DNA of 32,000 nucleotides from Candidatus Heimdallarchaeota archaeon (GTDB lineage Archaea; Asgardarchaeota; Heimdallarchaeia; JABLTI01): NCBI GenBank assembly GCA_030614005.1, contig JAUWKS010000035.1, positions 818 to 32,817 of the forward strand, read 5' to 3'. Shown piece by piece: positions 27,819 to 32,000 of this stretch (position 1 is its first letter; each line of letters starts with the position of its first letter). The notes under the pieces were generated by a model. It saw only the letters and a program-made list of their open reading frames with translations, ran no database searches and was not told where the DNA came from. The position numbers and the translations under genes were made by a program.

Positions 27819-29153
27819 TTAGTTATTTGGTACAAAAATATCGTAGATGTATACTAATAAGTCGATTTCGAAATCACCTATCTGAATAAAGAGGTGTCCT
27901 CCAATAATATCTACGTATAATTGATTCTTAAGAAAATATTCATCATTGAAACGTATGGCTTGTTCGATATTATTGTCTGAGAATGAAACAGTTTCTTCTT
28001 TGAATCCCAATGGATCGAGTTCAATAGGTGCCGAAGACCAATTAAGATCTAATGGTGTTATTGGTATCATAGTATCCGCAGGGAAATTCCAAGTACCTGC
28101 TAACGGAATGAAGAGGTTTGCACCATCTGCATCATTATAAGTTAGATTGCCATAGAATCCTGTAAGGTTAATTTCAATATCCATTGGATTGGTTATTGTA
28201 ATAACCGTATCTACTTGATAACTAACAGTTGTAGGTAGACCACTGATATCTAAAGAAATCATTTCTACTTCAACCGATAGAAGATCTGTTTGTGCTCCTT
28301 CAAATTCAATCGTAAAGTAGTCTTTGCCTATCTCTAAATTATCTAATTCATCTATTGTAATTGTATAGTTAACCCACAATGTGGTGTTAAACGAGCTTAT
28401 ATAATCACCAATTATATTTGCCAAGTCAGTTTTAGGACCATCTAACCAAGTGTCTAATTGAAGATAATTGGTTCCAGTCTGTATAAGGAAATTATTTTTA
28501 GTAATATTTCCAATATGACTCATATTAAAATTCTTTAAATCTGAATAAAGTGATGAGATTTCCACCTCTACTGGACTTGGATTATAAATCTTAGCGACTA
28601 TTTCAAGAAGGATTGCGTCATCTTCAACATCCACTAACTCAAATGATTGTAAACTGAAATCAAGATCACCAAGACCATTCATTTCCAAAGACTTGGATAT
28701 TGTTTTTTGTCCCAAAGCTGCTAGAGCTCCTTCAAACTCTATCACAATATCGATATCAACGGCTATTGTTTTATGATTTGAAAAATCATCAACGAAATCT
28801 GCAAATGCGACTTCATCAGTTATATTTAAAGTGAAATCTGTGGTATGATTTGCTTGTTGAGTTGAGAAAGAAGATGTTAATACAGTCCCTTCTCCTAAAA
28901 CATGATCGCTATAACTAACATTGAGTGTAACTATTATGAACGTAGCATCTACTACTGTTGGTTCACTAATTGTGAAATTAACAGTTCCTGCAAGGCTACC
29001 ATCCGTTAAATCATTTATAACGAAGGCATCAATGGTGACTTCAGTATTGTCTATTCGGTTTTGAGAATAGAAATAGACACCTAAGAAGATAGATGGTACC
29101 GCAATAACAACTATCGAACCAATAACTATCAGAATAATATATATTTTTTTCAT
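27819..29153 (-). CDS. Membrane-anchored acidic secreted protein with tandem LEA_2/WHy-like beta domains
   Basis: N-terminal signal anchor and repeated IYNPSPVEVEI / ITNPMDIEINL motifs typical of LEA type-2 domains. Acidic and beta-rich. Confidence 0.65.
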   Translation of the reverse strand: MKKIYIILIVIGSIVVIAVPSIFLGVYFYSQNRIDNTEVTIDAFVINDLTDGSLAGTVNFTISEPTVVDATFIIVTLNVSYSDHVLGEGTVLTSSFSTQQANHTTDFTLNITDEVAFADFVDDFSNHKTIAVDIDIVIEFEGALAALGQKTISKSLEMNGLGDLDFSLQSFELVDVEDDAILLEIVAKIYNPSPVEVEISSLYSDLKNFNMSHIGNITKNNFLIQTGTNYLQLDTWLDGPKTDLANIIGDYISSFNTTLWVNYTITIDELDNLEIGKDYFTIEFEGAQTDLLSVEVEMISLDISGLPTTVSYQVDTVITITNPMDIEINLTGFYGNLTYNDADGANLFIPLAGTWNFPADTMIPITPLDLNWSSAPIELDPLGFKEETVSFSDNNIEQAIRFNDEYFLKNQLYVDIIGGHLFIQIGDFEIDLLVYIYDIFVPNN

Positions 29154-29473
29154 GAATTTATTTTATTGATATAATTTAAAAAGTCTATTTTTGTGGCAGA
29201 TATGTGACTGATTGTCTTTAAGAAAAGTTTGAACGTATTATCTCCATAACAATTTGCATAGTTGCGTCCTAACCCCTTCTTCTGGTGATAGTTTTTATTA
29301 TCATTTAAAGAATTACAGAATCAGTATTTTAGAAATGTCCTCAAGTAGGATACTTTTTGCCCATACTGCTAATTTAAAATATCAATATCATCAATATTTT
29401 ACTCCAAGAAGAACCCATATCATAATTTTAACTATTCTATGATATAAGTTAACTTGGAGTGAGATAATTTAAA

Positions 29474-31609
29474 ATGCAAATATCTAAAATATTGTTGATT
29501 GATAATGATAATAAAGTCAAAAGAATTTTATTAGAAAAACTAAGAAATTCAATTGAAGATTTAGATATTTATTTACTTAAAAAGAAGAAAGATTTAGATG
29601 TAATTATAAAAAAAATGAATGCTAAAATCGTTTTAGTTAATTGTGATTTGAAGTGGGCCGATTCTTTTAAATTGCTTAAAGAACTTGGTGAAAATTACCC
29701 ATTTATTGGCAAGATTGTTTTCAGCACTAAAAACGTCAACATAATGGTTAAGGGACAAGAGAATATTGCTGATGGAATTATTAACAATATAGATGATAAA
29801 GTGTTAGAACAATTGCATTTTGCTTTAGGATGTGCGTACAATAGAGCTTTTGAACGTCAAGAATTAGATTTCACAAGAAGAGAGTATCAGCAATTGTTAG
29901 ATAACGTCCCAATAGGAATATATCAAACCGATTATAAAGGGACGATACTGTCCTGTAATAAGATGTTTGCTCAAATTTTGGGCTATGAACATGAAAAAGA
30001 GCTTGTAAATACTCAAATCCAAGACTATCTTTTGAAAAAGGGTACTCGTTTAGAGAGTCTTTCAGCTTTTATTTCAGGAACACCATTCGCTAGTGGTAAA
30101 AAACAATTGATAAGAAAAGATAGCAAAATTATTTGGGTTGAATTAAATACTAAAGCGACCTTTACTGAAGATAATATATTACTTAGATTGAATGGAAGTA
30201 TCAAAGATATTACTGATGAAATGTCGTTGAAAGAAGAGATCAAAAAAAGTCACAATTTGATGGACTTGTATATGGATTCAGCTGATTCTTACTTTGTTAT
30301 TGTAAATAAGGACGAAACTGTCGCATTAGTTAATACAAAACTGGCGAAATTTTTTGGTTATACAGCAAATGAAATGATTGGAATAAACTGGATTGACTTA
30401 ATAAGAAACAAAGAACGAAGGGAAAAAACTAGAGAAAAATTTAAAGCTACTTTTTATGATGATGTTCAAGAACTGAATATTGGAGAAGTAGAAATTAAAG
30501 GAGAAGATGGAATCACAAAATATTTCACTTGGAAAAATACAATCATAAAAAATGATAAAGGAGAAAAAGAAGCTCTTATTAGTGCAGGAACAGATATTAC
30601 TGAAAGAATAAAAATGGAAAAACTCTTGCGTGAAAATGAAGAAAAATACCGAAAATTATTTGAAACTTCACCCAATGCAATTCTTTATACTGACCTTAAT
30701 GGTGATATTCTTGTTGTGAATCAGCAGTTTTTAAGGATGCATGGTTTTGATAACAGTGATGAAATCATTGGTAAGAATATTAGTTCTCTAATATCTGATT
30801 TGAAGCTCAAAAAGGTTTTTAATCGTATTGATGTACGACAGCTTATCGGAGATTCTGGTAAAAAAGAACATCTTTTGATAAGAAAAAATGGTTCAACATT
30901 TCCTGCTGATGTTACTAGCTCCTTTGTTTTAAATGATCTCGGAGAACCAATCGGTGTAATTGTAATAGCACGTGATATTTCCGACAAAAAGCACTTTCAA
31001 AAAGCACTTGAAAATTCCGAAAGATTGTACAGAACGATTTTCGAAAATACTGGAACAAATATGCTAGTTGTCGATTCAAATTTTAGAATTGTTCTTTGTA
31101 ATTCACTTTTTGAAAAGTTTGTTGGAATTACAAAAGATGAGATTATAGACACTAGTTGGAAATCTCTTATACATCCTAATGATTATGATTATTTGTTAGG
31201 CATTAATAATGCAATTGCTAATCGTCCCGAATCATTTCCACAAGAGTTTGAATTTCGTGTAGTAGGCCAAAAGGGTGTTGTTAGAAATGTTTGGGCTGTT
31301 GCAGATATCATACCAGATACTAATCAGGCCGTAATTTCTATTCATGACATAACAGAAAAAGCTCTCATGGAACAAGTTAAATCACAAGCATATGAACAGA
31401 TTGAGCGTAATTTAGAGCAATTTGCCATTTTAGTTGATAGTATTCGAAATCCTCTCGCAGTTATTATCGGAATCGTTGATAGTTTTGAACATGAATCATC
31501 AGAAGATATCATTGAACAAATTAATATGATAGATAAGATTACTGTTCAACTAGATAACAGATGGTTAGAATCTGAGGTAATTAGAAATTTCCTTAAGGAA
31601 CACATGTAA
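29474..31609 (+). CDS. Pseudo-REC-(PAS)4 protein with C-terminal His-less HisKA-like domain
   Basis: Degenerate receiver (ILLIDND...IVLVNCDL, with Asn at the phospho-Asp position), four PAS domains, and C-terminus FAILVDSIRNPLAVIIG paralogous to 25076-27772. Confidence 0.9.
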   Translation: MQISKILLIDNDNKVKRILLEKLRNSIEDLDIYLLKKKKDLDVIIKKMNAKIVLVNCDLKWADSFKLLKELGENYPFIGKIVFSTKNVNIMVKGQENIADGIINNIDDKVLEQLHFALGCAYNRAFERQELDFTRREYQQLLDNVPIGIYQTDYKGTILSCNKMFAQILGYEHEKELVNTQIQDYLLKKGTRLESLSAFISGTPFASGKKQLIRKDSKIIWVELNTKATFTEDNILLRLNGSIKDITDEMSLKEEIKKSHNLMDLYMDSADSYFVIVNKDETVALVNTKLAKFFGYTANEMIGINWIDLIRNKERREKTREKFKATFYDDVQELNIGEVEIKGEDGITKYFTWKNTIIKNDKGEKEALISAGTDITERIKMEKLLRENEEKYRKLFETSPNAILYTDLNGDILVVNQQFLRMHGFDNSDEIIGKNISSLISDLKLKKVFNRIDVRQLIGDSGKKEHLLIRKNGSTFPADVTSSFVLNDLGEPIGVIVIARDISDKKHFQKALENSERLYRTIFENTGTNMLVVDSNFRIVLCNSLFEKFVGITKDEIIDTSWKSLIHPNDYDYLLGINNAIANRPESFPQEFEFRVVGQKGVVRNVWAVADIIPDTNQAVISIHDITEKALMEQVKSQAYEQIERNLEQFAILVDSIRNPLAVIIGIVDSFEHESSEDIIEQINMIDKITVQLDNRWLESEVIRNFLKEHM

Positions 31610-31813
31610 TTGTTATGAATTTAGTTTTATTTAACAAATTATTTTCATTCAACTATTTATTATCAAATGACATCTAATTTTAAAATGCTTTTTTTATTCT
31701 TAAGTTATAACTAAAAAGACTTTTATTTAATCAAACGTTATTCTATTTACTTGTAGACTAAACATTCAATATCATTTTAAACAGCAAAGTATTTTATCAA
31801 TGGAGAGGAAAAA

Positions 31814-32000
31814 ATGCTTAGGGCTAAAATTCTCTTAGTGGATAAAGATAAAAAGTTCCTGAAAACGACGAAGAAATTTCTACTAGAAATTGCCAGTGAT
31901 TTTCAAATTAAAACTTGCATATCTACTGAACAAGCATTAGAGATATTAAATGAAGAGAAATATCACGCAGTAATTTCTGAATATGTTTTACCAGAAATGA
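31814..32000 (+). CDS. Receiver-domain protein, 3'-truncated (absent from the ORF track)
   Basis: GGAGAGG precedes ATG 31814. The frame is open to the window end: MLRAKILLVDKDKKFLKTTKKFLLEIASDFQIKTCISTEQALEILNEEKYHAVISEYVLPEM. Confidence 0.85.
   Translation, partial: MLRAKILLVDKDKKFLKTTKKFLLEIASDFQIKTCISTEQALEILNEEKYHAVISEYVLPEM

Noticed and set aside
29230-29400. Minus-strand EDISK...SPEEGVRT resembling an NAD-dependent epimerase C-terminus
   Set aside because: There are four stops in the frame, the spacing is off and the match is too short.
29254-29442. 62-aa plus-strand ORF in a divergent promoter region
   Set aside because: No motif or SD sequence; likely a chance ORF.
1-32000. CRISPR arrays, IS elements, tRNA or rRNA genes
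   Set aside because: No regularly spaced repeats, transposase-like ORFs, or cloverleaf/rRNA signatures were seen.

Overview
AT-rich archaeal DNA whose protein repertoire points to an Asgard archaeon, probably Heimdallarchaeia-like. The evidence is TPR-longin fusions, a uDENN/longin-like protein, an Asgard-type 7TM protein, a receptor ending in a longin-like domain and a CTERM-like anchor; the taxonomy is inference. The left third holds small regulatory modules: an Lnt-like nitrilase-fold membrane enzyme with a TetR gene, an ArsR gene with a membrane protein, and a CopG-type regulator, the first two with visible palindromic operators. The middle holds a duplicated TPR gene, a 946-aa FG-GAP/Ca-repeat/TM/longin receptor and a TPR-longin gene split by an in-frame TAG. 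The right half is a two-component signalling island: one PAS histidine kinase, CheY, REC-REC, two REC-PAS proteins ending in a His-less HisKA-like helix pair, a REC-PAS-GAF protein and pseudo-receivers. The most striking unexplained element is a ~240-nt multi-hairpin structured RNA candidate (7955-8192). It is closed by a perfect 10-bp long-range helix, begins just downstream of a TATA box and ends 19 nt before a helical DIP1984-like gene. No rRNA, tRNA, CRISPR array or transposase was recognised.
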